A stretch of 64,000 nt of DNA from Eledone cirrhosa (Eukaryota): positions 27,404,001 through 27,468,000 of the forward strand of contig OZ024764.1 of the NCBI GenBank assembly GCA_964016885.1. Reading direction: 5' to 3'. Under the pieces are notes generated by a model that saw only the letters and a list, made by a program, of their open reading frames with translations, did no database searches and was not told where the DNA came from. How positions within the stretch are numbered: the first letter of the stretch is position 1; every line of letters starts with the position of its first letter. Positions 26,101 through 37,833 of this stretch are shown here, in pieces. Position numbers and translations under genes: made by a program.

Positions 26101-27243
26101 AGAGTTATTAGCCACAGGGGCAGAGATGTCCATAACATTACATGACAATTATTAGCCCCAAGGGCAGATATGTCCATAACATTACATGACAGAGTTTCAT
26201 CTCGCGCTCTCTCTCTCTCGTTTCATCTCGCGCTCTCTCTCTTCCTCTCTCTCGTTTCATCTCGCTCTCTCTCTCTCTCGTTTCACCTCTGTCTTCCATC
26301 TCTGTCTTCCTCTCTCTCGTTCCATCTCACTCTTCCTCTCTCTCATTTCATCTCTCTCTCTCTCGTTTCATCTGTCTCTCTCTCTGTCGTTTCATCTCCC
26401 TCTATCTCTCTCTCCCTCTCGTTTCATCTCGCTCTCTCTCTCCTGTTTCATCTCGCTCTCTCTCTCTCATTTCATCTCGCTCTCTCTCTCTCATTTCATC
26501 TCGCTCTCTCTCTCTCGTTTCATCTCGCTCTCACTCTCTCATTTCATCTCGCTCTCACTCTCTCGTTTCATCTCGCTCTCCCTGTCTCGTTTCATCTCGC
26601 TCACACTCTCTCATTTCATCTCGCTCTCTCTCTCTTCTTTCAACACTCTAATCCCTCACTTGTTTCATCTCTCTCAGAATTATTAGCCACAGGGGCAGAG
26701 ATGTCCATAACATTACATGTCAGAATTATTAGCCACAGGGGCAGAGATGTCCATAACATCACATGTCAGAATTATTAGCCACAGGGGCAGAGATGTCCAT
26801 AACATTACATGTCAGAATTATTAGCCACAGGGGCAGAGATGTCCATAACATTACATGACAGATTTATTAGCCACAGGGGCAGAGATGTCCATAACATTAC
26901 ATGGCAGATTTATTAGCCACAGGGGCAGAGATGTCCATAACATTACATGTCAGAATTATTAGCCACAGGGGCAGAGATGTCCATAACATTACATGACAGA
27001 TTTATTAGCCACAGGGGCAGAGATGTCCATAACATTACATGACAGATTTATTAGCCACAGGGGCAGAGATGTCTATAACATTACATGACATAATTATTAG
27101 CCACAGGGGCAGAGATGTCCATAACATTACATGACAGATTTATTAGCCATAGGGGCAGAGATGACCATAACATTACATGACAGAATTATTAGCCACAGGG
27201 GCAGAGATGTCCATAACATTACATGACAGAATTATTAGCCACA
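20177..27243 (-). repeat. Composite satellite, inverted (pyrimidine-rich) arm: 8 arrays of the 46-mer alternating with 7 CT-rich blocks
   Basis: Reverse-complement 46-mer arrays at 20177-20450, 21715-21941, 22451-22635, 23375-23644, 24271-24409, 25108-25333, 26054-26192, 26675-27243. Confidence 0.97.
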
Positions 27244-27470
27244 TGTAATGTTATGGACATCTCTGCCCCTGTGGCTAATAATTCTGTCATGTTATGTTAT
27301 GGACATCTCTGCCCCTGTGGCTAATAATTCTGACATGTAATGTTAGGGACATCTCTGCCCCAGTGGCTCATAATTCTGACATGTAATGTTATGGACATCT
27401 CTGCCCCTGTGGCTAATAATTCTGTCATGTAATGTTATGGACATCTCTGCCCCTGTGGCTAATAATTCTG
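27242..27470 (+). repeat. 46-bp satellite, 5 copies back in + orientation
   Basis: ...TTAGCCACATGTAATGTTATGG... switch point; the array ends by joining GTTCAAATCTGACTG, equivalent to position ~5330. Confidence 0.95.
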
Positions 27471-29273
27471 TTCAAATCTGACTGACATGCATGGTATATA
27501 TTTATGTTTCATTAGACACCGCCACAATACACAGGAACTTATAAAGATATGTATATATTGTCCAGGAGTTTCGAGTTTAGTGGGAATTGTACAAATCTCA
27601 ATTGGAGCTAGTCCCTGCAAGATCAGCATAAATAATGTTATACCTTTTCATGAAATCTTGCACACCCGATATTTTATACATGATTATTTAAAGGTGAACA
27701 AAAACCGAAGAACATTGAGCAGCATTTCTCAACCTTTCTACCCATGTTGATCTCTTGAAATAGTTTTTATGTCTCAAGGAAGCCTTGCATAAAATATACT
27801 TTTTCTATCTCTAGAGCAGTGGTTCCCAAATCGTGTGCTGTGAGATGAAACTAGATGAGCTGCAAAAGACTAAGATTAAGTTTTAAGATGTGAAAAATAT
27901 AAAACTGAAATTTCATATAAAAGTTCAAATATAGCTACAGCCACAAACCTAGGCTCCACACCCCGCAACGCAGAGGAGAGTAAGATAGTACTGAGGCCTG
28001 ACTCACCTCTTCCACTCCATTGAGACCTCTGCCATACTTGGTCCCCCTACTGCTGATTTCCTCCATAAAGTCGGGAGGAAAGACGGCAGGAGCCTCGTGA
28101 GGAGGGGCAACTATTGTAGCAGGTGTCTCTGGCCTTGTTCCGAGGTAACGCTTTTACGTTTCTTCCACGTGTTGCGGCTGAGGGACCACTTAGACTGGGG
28201 TGAAGTGTCTGTCCCTCCCCCGACTTCTTACTTCCTTTTTTTTCTCCTTTTCAATTTCTTTTCTCTTCTTGCTTATCTCTGCTATACCACGGCATCAAAA
28301 AGATATATGATATATGTATGTATGGTATAGGTGTATTTATATTTAGGATAGTTATCAAAGGTAAATAGACTGGTTGGAGTAATAACAGTCTTGTTTATGT
28401 ATATACACACATATATACATATATATATATATATATATATGTTTGTTCTTGTATTTCTATAGAAAAGGTAAAGAAAAGAAGAGTGCTCTATGTATTGTAC
28501 AGAGCTATTTAATTACATAATAAACAACAGAATGGAAAACATTCAGACAGAGAAGAATGGATAATGAGCGTTGTAAGAGAAATTGGCCAACAATTAATAT
28601 TAATGGAAATGTAGAAGAATTTCATATTAGTGATATGAATGTTTCGTGTGATCACTGTGGAGCTTTGAAATTTAGAAATGAAAATTGTAACTGTTGTAAT
28701 AAAGGAAAGGTTGTGTTGCCACCATTGCAAATATACCCTGAGAGACTGAGAAATCTCTTTGAAAGAGGCCAGGAAGCAGTTGATTTCACAGAAACATCTG
28801 CAATTAAAACTACATTTATTTCACTTCATTTGGTGTTACCACCCGGCAGAGGCCCGTATAGCTTTCATATTCAGGGTCAAACATATCAATACACCCCCAT
28901 CTCTGTAACCTGCAGAAAATACACCACAATATGGCCAGTTATATATTATTGATGGGAATGAAAGTGTGTAGCACAGATTGGAAGTACAACCAAATAATTG
29001 TTTCTGGCACAAGGCCAGCAATTACTGGTACTTTATTCTATCGACCTCATAAGGATGAAAACAAAGTCAACCTTAGAGGGATTTGAACCCAGAACGTAAA
29101 GGGCCATAACCCTATGCTGCAAAGCATGGTGTCTGACGCTCTACCGATACTGCCAATCCACCGCCCTAGTACCAACAAATAATGACTGCTCACCACAAAA
29201 AATGGCTATGATAAGAGAGGTGTTGCATGAATGTTATCCATATGTCGAAGTGTACAATACAATGCATGGCATC
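27470..29273 (+). repeat. Duplicate of 5330-7118
   Basis: Colinear near-identity; paired ORFs 5957/28097, 6355/28509, 6403/28557. Confidence 0.95.
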
Positions 29274-30812
29274 AAACAGCAAAGTTCTAGAAGAGAAAAT
29301 TGTCGTGTACAGAACTGTGAATTAAGATTTAGAAGAGGATCAGATATGAGCTGCTATAATTTACCAACTAGTAATGATAGCTGTTGTTTTGTGGGGGATT
29401 GAGGGCACACCACCTGTACAAAGAGATATTATCATCTTTCCTAAAGACCATCCTCCTCAGAAAATACCACATAATTCATGCCACTTGGACCTCATGACCG
29501 ACCGATAATGGTGAATTTTGGTGGCATAGTGACATGGAGAGGAATGCAGGACCTGTGTTTGCAATAGACTGACAATGCAGGAGTATTACATATACTGTAT
29601 AGCATATAGAGGAGGATTTAGTGCGATATATAGGGCAGGTAAATTATTTTAGCAGTATTTAGTGGATGCCTATATGAAAGTAGAGGGATGCAGGCTTCAA
29701 TATTTGAGGAACAATCAAGCCCAATTGTGAGTGGATGAGTATAATGGTTTAATGAATTATCTAAACAGATGATAACACTGAGCCTTAAAAAATGAAGACA
29801 AGATATGAAACAGAGAAGACATTGACAGAATCGTGTCAGCAGAAATACCTGCATTGGAAGATGATCCAGTACTACATGAGCAGGTTTAAAAGTTTATTAT
29901 CCACAGGCCATGTGGTTCTGGAAACCCTTTTCCCCCATTTATACAAAATGGATTTTTCCAAAAGAACTATCCAAAAACCTACAGAAGGGAAACATTATTG
30001 AACCTAAATGGATACCCAGAGTACAGGAGGTGCAAGACAGGAACTGCAGTGTAAATTGGATGACATTCAGTAGATAACAGGAATGTTGTGCCACTTAATG
30101 CCTTTTTGCTTAAGAAATATTGTGCACATATTAATGTTGAAGTTTGCGCTTCTGTAAAAAGTGTCAAGTACCTCTTTAAATATGTTACATGGGGCATGAT
30201 TGTACATCTATAGAAGTAACGAATAATGCATTACCTAATGAGGCTCAGAACCAACACAACCATGATGAAATAAGAACCTATCTTTGTTGCAGGTATGTGT
30301 CTCAGCCAGAAGCAGTGTTGTGTCTCTCAGAATTTAAGCTTCATGGTACATCACATACAGTATACAGCCTAGCCACACACCTGGAGAACAAACAGAGTTT
30401 ACTTTCAAAGAGGCAATGCTTACACCTTCTGGGATGCCGCCTCACTAACTCCAATTAAAAGCAGGATCAATAATAATGCTTCTATGGAATATTTCAATCC
30501 AGAACAGATTATTTTATTGGCACAAGATTAGAAGTAGTGGAACTGCATAAACATTTTATCGAAGCTTCTCATATCTATGGTCCTTTGATGGGCAGGTGTG
30601 TTTTGATCCGAAGACTGAAGTTAGTTCCCAGTGGTGCCAACATCCCTTTTACTTTGGAAAGACCCCAGTTTCCATTAAGACTGTCATATGCCATGACAAT
30701 CAACAAGAACCATGGTCAAATACATGATAAAGTGGGTCTGTTCCTCCCTGAGCAAGTATTTAACCCTGGACAATTGTATGTTGCTTTTTCAAGAGTTCAC
30801 AGACAGATGTAA
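28530..30812 (+). pseudogene. Helitron RepHel pseudogene copy B (N-terminus, partial Rep, Pif1-helicase C-terminus), internally deleted
   Basis: YLVDAYMKVE..RL.YLR.NQ..L, DIDRIVSAEIP, IH.PCG, KNYPK, NGYPEYRR, DNRNVVP.N..LLKKY.AHINVEVC.SVKSVKYLFKYV..GHD, QFPLRLSYAMTINK..GQ..DKVG, GQLYVAFSRV; many frameshifts and stops. Confidence 0.95.
28999..29167 (-). mobile_element. SINE in Helitron copy B (same insertion as 6845-7013)
   Basis: Same sequence, site and TSD. Confidence 0.85.
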
Positions 30813-32587
30813 AAATTAATCCTAGCAAACCCCCACCACTCCTACAACTGTTAGCTGTTAGACCACCCCCAGCACCACCCAACCTCCGTTCTAGTCCCAC
30901 CGTTAGAACCAATGCTGCTTACCCTGCCTCTTTTACTAGTTCACTCCTTCGCTCGAATTTCAAAGCTGGCCCTCTACACTTGGTCGTGCTCTCTGTGTCC
31001 GCACTAGCCGGTACCTAAACACAATAAAATGTCACCTGTGCTACCAAAACTACCACAGGAACTCTGTCGGCATCAGCAAGGCTCAAGCCGAAAGGCTTCA
31101 ATACTAGACCTGTAATCAGGGCCACTTTACCTCCGACGACCAGCTTTCTACCGATTGTGTGTTGATGGAGGGGACATGAGACCAGCAAAGTCCTAGGAGT
31201 AGAGACTAGTAAATAATAAACGGTCCTAGCTATGTTAAGAAGACAAGAGAAATAAATATTTACCTCTTTCATGTAGGTAATATAGCGGTGTTATAAAAGT
31301 AATTATACGACCGGTGTAACAGTCGGTATAAATGAAAGATGTAGAAATGAAAGTTGCAACAATGACATGAATAAATATACAGTAATTTAATATGAGCAAG
31401 AATAAATATTTAATGGAATTAATTAAGTGTAATTTAATAAGAAATAAGAAATAAGTAAAACAGTAAAAGAAACAATAACAAACAAAATGGAGTCACATAA
31501 AATTTGGTTTATCTTTATAAAGCTTATTTTAAACGCGATTTTCCTTTTAAATCCGTAGCTCCGCTTACTAACCTTAGGGCTGTAACGTTACATGGTTCGA
31601 ATCTTACACTCTTCTCTATAGTGCCACACGAGTTATCTCCTAGTCTTTTTATATAGTTTCACTGTTTAGTGAAAGAGGGCGCTACGAACAGTTACTTATG
31701 TAGATGGGTGGTTAGCGATTCGGCTTACAAACATTAGCATCATGACGTTACATGGGTTCGAACCCTTCCGGCGCCTCAATTTTTCAAATAGAGTTATCAC
31801 CCATGGTTCTTTAGAGTTTCATTGCTTACTCGAAAGATGGCGCGGGGATCATCTTTTACGATGAGTAGTAAGAGACAATAATACATGGAAGGAGGAGAAA
31901 TAGAGAGAGATAGAAAGACGAATGTGTCACACACTCAATTCTCTCACCCTCTCTTTACTTTTATTACTCTATCTACCTCTACTTTCTCACCCTCTCTTTT
32001 TTTCTATTACACTTTCTTCCTCGTATTTCTCACCCTCTCTTTATTTCTATTACTCTATCTACCTCATATTTCTCACCTTATCTTTACTTCTTTTATTCTT
32101 TCTTCTTTGTATTTCTCACCCTCTATCTATCTCTTATTTCTCATCTCTCTTTACTTCTGACAGAGTGATAGATGTAAAGAGAAGGTGAGAAATAAGAGGT
32201 TGATAGATTTGGCTGTTATTTTTAACATTTTCTAATCATATGAGAGAGAGAGAGAGAGTATAAGATATATAGAGAGGGGGAAATCGCCGATGTTTACGTT
32301 GAGAAAACCTTATAAAATGTTATAAATGGGTTTATAAAGAACAGAATGAGATAAACAAGACAAAGACAGATAAAATAAAATCAGCGATTTATTTATAATA
32401 TTTTAATATATTTTTCCTGGTCGTCTGCTTCCATTGATAGAGAGAGGAGTGGTGGGAGGTAGCCATAACAACCGTGGTAGCAACACTGTGGTTTTTAAAG
32501 AAGTGAATACAAGAAAAACTAAACAAGCAACAAATTTAATTTACTAAAATTAGTTTAAACATCTAAATCTTAAGAATATTAAATCTC

Positions 32588-32803
32588 TTACCCCTTTAGC
32601 ATTCACATTACTCTATATATACTATTGTATTTTCACAGTAACGGCTTTATCTCACATAATATCGAATCTATGAGATTTCGATATTATTTATTTTCAGAAC
32701 AATACTTTAACATCAGTATGAGTGGTTAATTAGGGCTGGTTTGAACAGAAAGAGGTGAGAGAATTCTGGCCGGTTACAGCTGGTTTTAATGCTAAGGGGT
32801 TAA
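32588..32803. mobile_element. piggyBac-like MITE (~215 bp)
   Basis: TTACCCCTTTAGCATT ... AATGCTAAGGGGTTAA terminal inverted repeats with CCC/GGG ends and TTAA at the right end. Confidence 0.65.
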
Positions 32804-32809
32804 GCCCTT

Positions 32810-34988
32810 CAAGATGTGTATGACGAGAAAGAAGCCGTTTTAGAATCGTATGACATAGATAATAACTGGAATTTCTTATGTGACAACTTACTGCAGGCTG
32901 CTGAAGACACTTGTGGCTGGAGCAGAGCTCCGACCAGACAGAGAGTGACCTGGTGGTGGGACAACACGGTAGATAAGGCCATTAGAGACAAAAGACTAGC
33001 ATGGAACACTTGGATAAATGGTGGGAGTAGAGACCGATGCACAGCCGCTAAGAAAGAAGCTAGACGTCAGGTGTACTTAGCACGCAGGGAGGCTGAGAAT
33101 AGGAGGGTTGCCAATGTTCTGTGACGGGAAGATCAAAGACGTGCGGTGTTCCGCATTGCAAGCCAGTGTGTCAGTGTAAATCGGGATGTTGTTGGAGATA
33201 AATGTGTCCGGAATGATGCTGGTGTACTCAGTGTCAATAATGATCAGAAAAAGGAGGCCTGGAAATGCCATTATGAGAGGCTGATGAATGTAGAGAATGA
33301 ATGGGAGAGAGAGAAACTACCCACATTTGACCGAACAGAGGGACCAGCTATTGAGATTGTTGACTATAGGGTCAAAGAGGCAATTAAAGAAAGGAAAAAT
33401 GGTAAGGCAGCTGGACCATCAGGGATAGTTGCTGAGATGCTGAAGGCATGAGGAGAAGTAGGTACTAAACTGGTTGCAAGCATAATCAATCAAGCTATAT
33501 ATGGCGGAGTCATACCCAAAGACTGGTGCAGCAGTATTCTCATAAATTGCTACAAAGGTAAAGGGGATGCTCTGGAGAGGATCAATTATAGAGGCAGAAA
33601 ACTGATGGATCAGGTTATGAAAGTGGCAGAAAGGATATTAGAGCAACTAATTAGAGAAAGAGTCAAACTAGATGAGATGCAGTTTGGTTTTGTGCCTGGG
33701 AAAAGTACAACCGATGCCCTCTTCTTAGAGAAGAATAAGCCATTATACTTAGCTTTTGTTGACCTAGAGAAAGCCTTTGATAGTGTACCCCAGTCTGTCA
33801 TCTGGTGATCCCTAAGGAAACTAGGTGTTGAGGAATGGCTTGTGAGGACAGTACAAGCTTTGTACAGAGGTACTGTCTGTAAAGTGAGGGTAGGAATGGA
33901 GTTTAGTGAGGAATTCCAGATACAAGGAGGAGTCCATCAGAGTTCGGTCCTCAGCCCGCTCTTCTTCATTATAGTCCTCCAAGCCATAACAGAGGAGTTT
34001 AAGACTAGCTGCCCATGGGAACTTCTCTATACTGACAATCTGGTTTTTATAGCAGAATCAGTAGAGGAGCTAGAGAATAAATTCTGGCTATGGAAACAGC
34101 AGTTGGAATTAAGAGGACTGAGAGTGAACCCAGCTAAAACAAAAGTGTTGATAAGTAGAAAAAAGGACAAAACTCTGATGGCCATGTTCGATATGCAGAA
34201 AAGGAACTGGCATACATTCTATAAAATGTACACAATGCAGATCTTGGGTACACACGAGATGTAGTGGGATAGCAGGCAAACTAACAGGTAGGGAAAACTA
34301 CGTTTGCAGTAGATGTACAGGGAAATTTGACAGTAGAAGTCGCATTGATAGACACATTTTTCAAATGCAAGTTGGTTCTATAAAAGTGGTTGATAGCTTC
34401 AGTACCTAGGTGATCAGATTAGTATGGGAGGGGGGGGGGGTGTTCCGAGGCCATAGTATCTAGAATAAGGACGGGCTGGAAGAAGTTTAGGGAGCTGCCT
34501 CCTCTGGTGACAAAGAGGGTTTCTCCCTGCATACAAAAAGTTGGTTGTTTGATGCCTGTGTGAGATGCACAATGTTGCATGGTAGTGAGACATGGGCAGC
34601 AACTGCAGAGGATATGCGAAGGCTGAAGAGAAATGAAGCAAGCATGCTCCATTGGATGTGCAATGTCAATGTGCGTGAAAGACCAAGCATGGACGAGTTG
34701 AGAGTGAAACTCTATAAGAAGGATAAACTGCAGTGTGCGGGAGAAAAGACTGCGTTGGTATGGCCATGCGATGCGTATGCAGGATTACCGCAGGGTGAAG
34801 AAGTGCCAAGTAATCCCAGTGGGAGGAATATGCAGTAGAGGAAGACCAAGGAAGATATGGGCAGAGGTAGTGAGAGCTGACCTCAGATCGTTGAAGCTCA
34901 GAGGAGATGATGAAGGAGAGATGCTGCGCTGAAGAGGATCTGTCCCACCCTTATAAGCAGGGAAAAGTGGATGTATAATGATGATGAT
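32810..34988 (+). mobile_element. RTE-clade LINE, 5'-truncated, degenerate reverse transcriptase
   Basis: TWWW, GKAAGPSGI.AEMLK, QFGFVPGKSTTDA, AFVDLEKAFD, GVHQSSVLSPLFF, LLYTDNL (decayed YADD), GLRVN..KTK, LHGSETW, RLRWYGH, RGRPRK.W; stops and frameshifts; ends in an (ATG)n tail; no APE domain. Confidence 0.93.
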
Positions 34989-34997
34989 ATATATATA

Positions 34998-35048
34998 TGT
35001 CCCACCCTTGCAAACAGGGAAAAGCAGACGTAAAATGAAAATGATGAT
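34998..35048 (+). repeat. Second tandem copy of the LINE 3' tail
   Basis: TGTCCCACCCTTGCAAACAGGGAAAAGCAGACGTAAAATGAAAATGATGAT repeats the preceding tail. Confidence 0.75.
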
Positions 35049-35070
35049 ATATATATAGATAGATAGATAG

Positions 35071-35119
<49 letters not shown>

Positions 35120-35474
35120 CTTATACGTCATGGTGGCTACAGGTGCCAAGAGGAAGAAGCCGGACAATCCTCTGATATTTGTTTATCTTCCTTTCCTTCG
35201 TGGGCCGCGGTACCCGGGTTTGTGGCCGAAGCGACCAAGTTGAAATCGGCCACCGGTGGTTGATATCACCAGGTTAGGAAACCCTGGTTTAGTCGCTCCA
35301 GTTATTACTTCGTTAGACATAGTCAGTAATTGAAATTAAAGCCTAAAGGTGTACTAAAGCCACAAACATTTTTCTATCTATGAATTATTAGTGGTGTAAA
35401 CAGATGAATTAAAGTCAAAGCTAACAAATATATCACCAAGAAGAATATCTAAGGATTTCCAAAGTGTAAAGTCA

Positions 35475-35687
35475 GCTCAAGCCTGGAGACTTATCAAGCA
35501 GGTGCCTGTCCCAGTTCCTCTAGCGTAAAGGGACTGAGAGTACATGACTTCCCCCTGGACATGATGTCAGTCCATCGCAGGGTTAACCCCCCACCTATGT
35601 GAAATTAAGTTTTTGCTCAAGTAAAACAACTAACAACACGGTCCAGGAATCGAATACACATATGATCGTAAGACCACGGGCCTCCAC
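35475..35687 (-). mobile_element. Degenerate tRNA-derived SINE with a V-SINE-like central domain
   Basis: Minus strand: GTGGAGGCCCGTGGTC..TTCGATTCC (B-box)..CTTGAGCAA..CCTGCGATGGACTGACATCATGTCCAGGGG. Confidence 0.6.
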
Positions 35688-36228
35688 TATCGAAGGATCT
35701 ACCCTTCATTAAAGAATAAATTAGACTTATGCTTACATCGCCGACATAATTATGGTCGGAAAGGACATTACTGAAAATAAGGAATGAACAACTAAAGGAA
35801 GACAGAAACGGTCCCTCCTATCTGAAATATTAAGGAAGGAATCTACACAGGAGGGCCCATCTTCCTACCAAAAGAATTATTTTAACAAGCCTACATCCTA
35901 CTGAGCCAAAGAAAGGGGCCTCATAACTAGAACATGCTTCATTTGTCCTAAATACGGAGCTGACTTTACATATAATTATATATATGTATATATATATAGT
36001 ATGTGTGTGTGTGTATGAAGATGTATGACCCCTAGCAAGCCAAACTACAGTTACTCCCCAACATGGATAGCAAATTAAAACATTACCTGTTAGAGACAAA
36101 CGTGAAATGATTTGTTAGTGAACTACCGGTGTAACAGTAATTATGTTACCGGTGTAACTATTTCTGTTTACCTTATTTTTAAATCACACTCCTATATTAG
36201 TTTAGTGACCTTTCAATTCAAATAAATT

Positions 36229-36514
36229 CTTGATGATGATTGAACTCGCATCGGAGTAGCCCAACGCCTTGGCCTCCGCGTGTGTGAGCCACATAAATGC
36301 TCTCAACGACATAGTGAGAAGAAGCCTGGACGCAGCTGAATTTCCATCTCAACTGGAGCCAGCAGGCCTAGGCCGCGGAGATGGCAAGCACCCCGAGGGA
36401 ATCACCCTCTTCCCATTCGAAGGAGGTAGATCCACAAACCCCAGCATCGCTGCCCGTCTCGCAGATGAACATAAAATAAACAAATTCCGGTGTTTGTCCT
36501 GGAGCCTCTTCTAA
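36229..36514 (+). pseudogene. CRE-clade-like non-LTR retrotransposon RLE-domain fragment, internally deleted
   Basis: LDDD/ELRIGVAQRLGLRVCEPHKC, then LNDIVRRSLDAA.FPS.LEP.GL.RGDGKHPEGIT.FPF.GGRS (decayed RPDG motif), then AARLADEHKINKF. Confidence 0.75.
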
Positions 36515-36770
36515 GCACCAGCCGCCGTCGAGACCCCGGGCCAGCTTGGACCCATTACAGCCGAGCTCCTCCGCAACATCGCAGTGTCTGTGGCCCGTCT
36601 GAGGATGGAGTCCCACGAGGTTGGATGCCTGTTGCAGCAGGTGTCACTGTCCTTACATATATATACGTAAATGTTCCCTTGACTGCTATTTCTAGCATAT
36701 ATTAATAGACACTTTAGAAAAAGCAGCTAAAAATCAAGAAACAACAGAGTGTGTCTGTATATATATACAC

Positions 36771-36860
<90 letters not shown>
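36771..36860. repeat. (GA)n microsatellite; shorter at paralogs 43709-43775 and 61273-61320
   Basis: Direct inspection. Confidence 0.95.
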
Positions 36861-36861
<1 letters not shown>

Positions 36862-36943
36862 AGCCAAAGACACGCACACACGCACATACACATACACACA
36901 GGTGTATGTCTGCGTGTATGTATATATGCGTGTGTCTTTTCGT

Positions 36944-36982
<39 letters not shown>

Positions 36983-37002
36983 CAGTGATCCCCCTCGCAA
37001 CC

Positions 37003-37592
37003 TTTAATTAAACAAACCTGCGATGAGGCGATGATCAAAATAAACACCAAAGTGTAAACAAACAGCACATAGGTGCTGCCGGATACACGATAACATGTGT
37101 AGACGAAGTAAAACTTTTATTACTGTAATATAAAGTAGAAACCCTTTATTTAAACAAAGCTGCGTGGCAGCGATGATCAAAACAAACTTCAAAGTGTAAA
37201 CAAACCTCTCGTAGGTGCGGCCAGATACACGATAACATGTGTATACGAAGTGTAACAGGGAGTTGGGTCGTATTATATCACTTTCAAATTGACCCCTATT
37301 ATATTCAAATTATCCCCTGTGGGGCGTGCACCCCACGTTGAGAATCCCTCATAAATAAATATATGTGAGTGTGTTGCTATGACTGCTATTTCTAGCAGGT
37401 TTACTGCAGTCCTGTAGACGCACAACAAAAACCGGAAGTGGCAGCCATTAAAAAACTTTGGCTTAAAATCAGGCAAAAGTTTTTTAACAATTTGCCAAGA
37501 AAGATAACTCTTGTCTGACTTAATCGCAAAAATCGAGGCAAAAATTTTGCGGCTGTGCAGTTTGTTTGGTGTATTTGACTGCTATTTCTAGC
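37003..37592 (-). repeat. Single arm of the dispersed/fold-back repeat
   Basis: Reverse complement of 2015-2415 and 3850-4210. Confidence 0.85.
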
Positions 37593-37697
37593 ATGTATGG
37601 ACGTATGTACGGTATAGGTGTATTTATATTTAGGATAGTTATCAAAGGTAAATAGACTGGTTGGAGTAATAACAGTCTTGTTTATGTATATACACAC

Positions 37698-37729
<32 letters not shown>

Positions 37730-37833
37730 GTTTGTTCTTGTATTTCTATAGAAAAGGTAAAGAAAAGAAGAATGCTCTATGTATTGTACAGAGCTATTTA
37801 ATTACATAATAAACAACAGAATATAATTATTCC

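Noticed and set aside
7741-26778. Long ORFs (up to 453 aa) rich in SL/SR/FHL or RE/DE
   Set aside because: They are translations of (CT)n/(GA)n satellite that lacks stop codons; they are open in several frames at once and have no domain content
8421-27470. 46-bp, 55-bp and 89-bp arrays as CRISPR-like arrays
   Set aside because: No unique spacers (units are contiguous or the spacers are constant), no cas genes, eukaryotic TE context
30812-31300. Helitron 3' terminus at CTAG sites (near 30937, 31004, 31207)
   Set aside because: No convincing GC-rich hairpin upstream, and paralog homology continues past these sites
32810-34988. Active RT, or a functional RT + Helitron + array system
   Set aside because: RT has stops, frameshifts and YTDN in place of YADD; Helitrons lack the HUH motif; co-occurrence is explained by nested insertion and duplication
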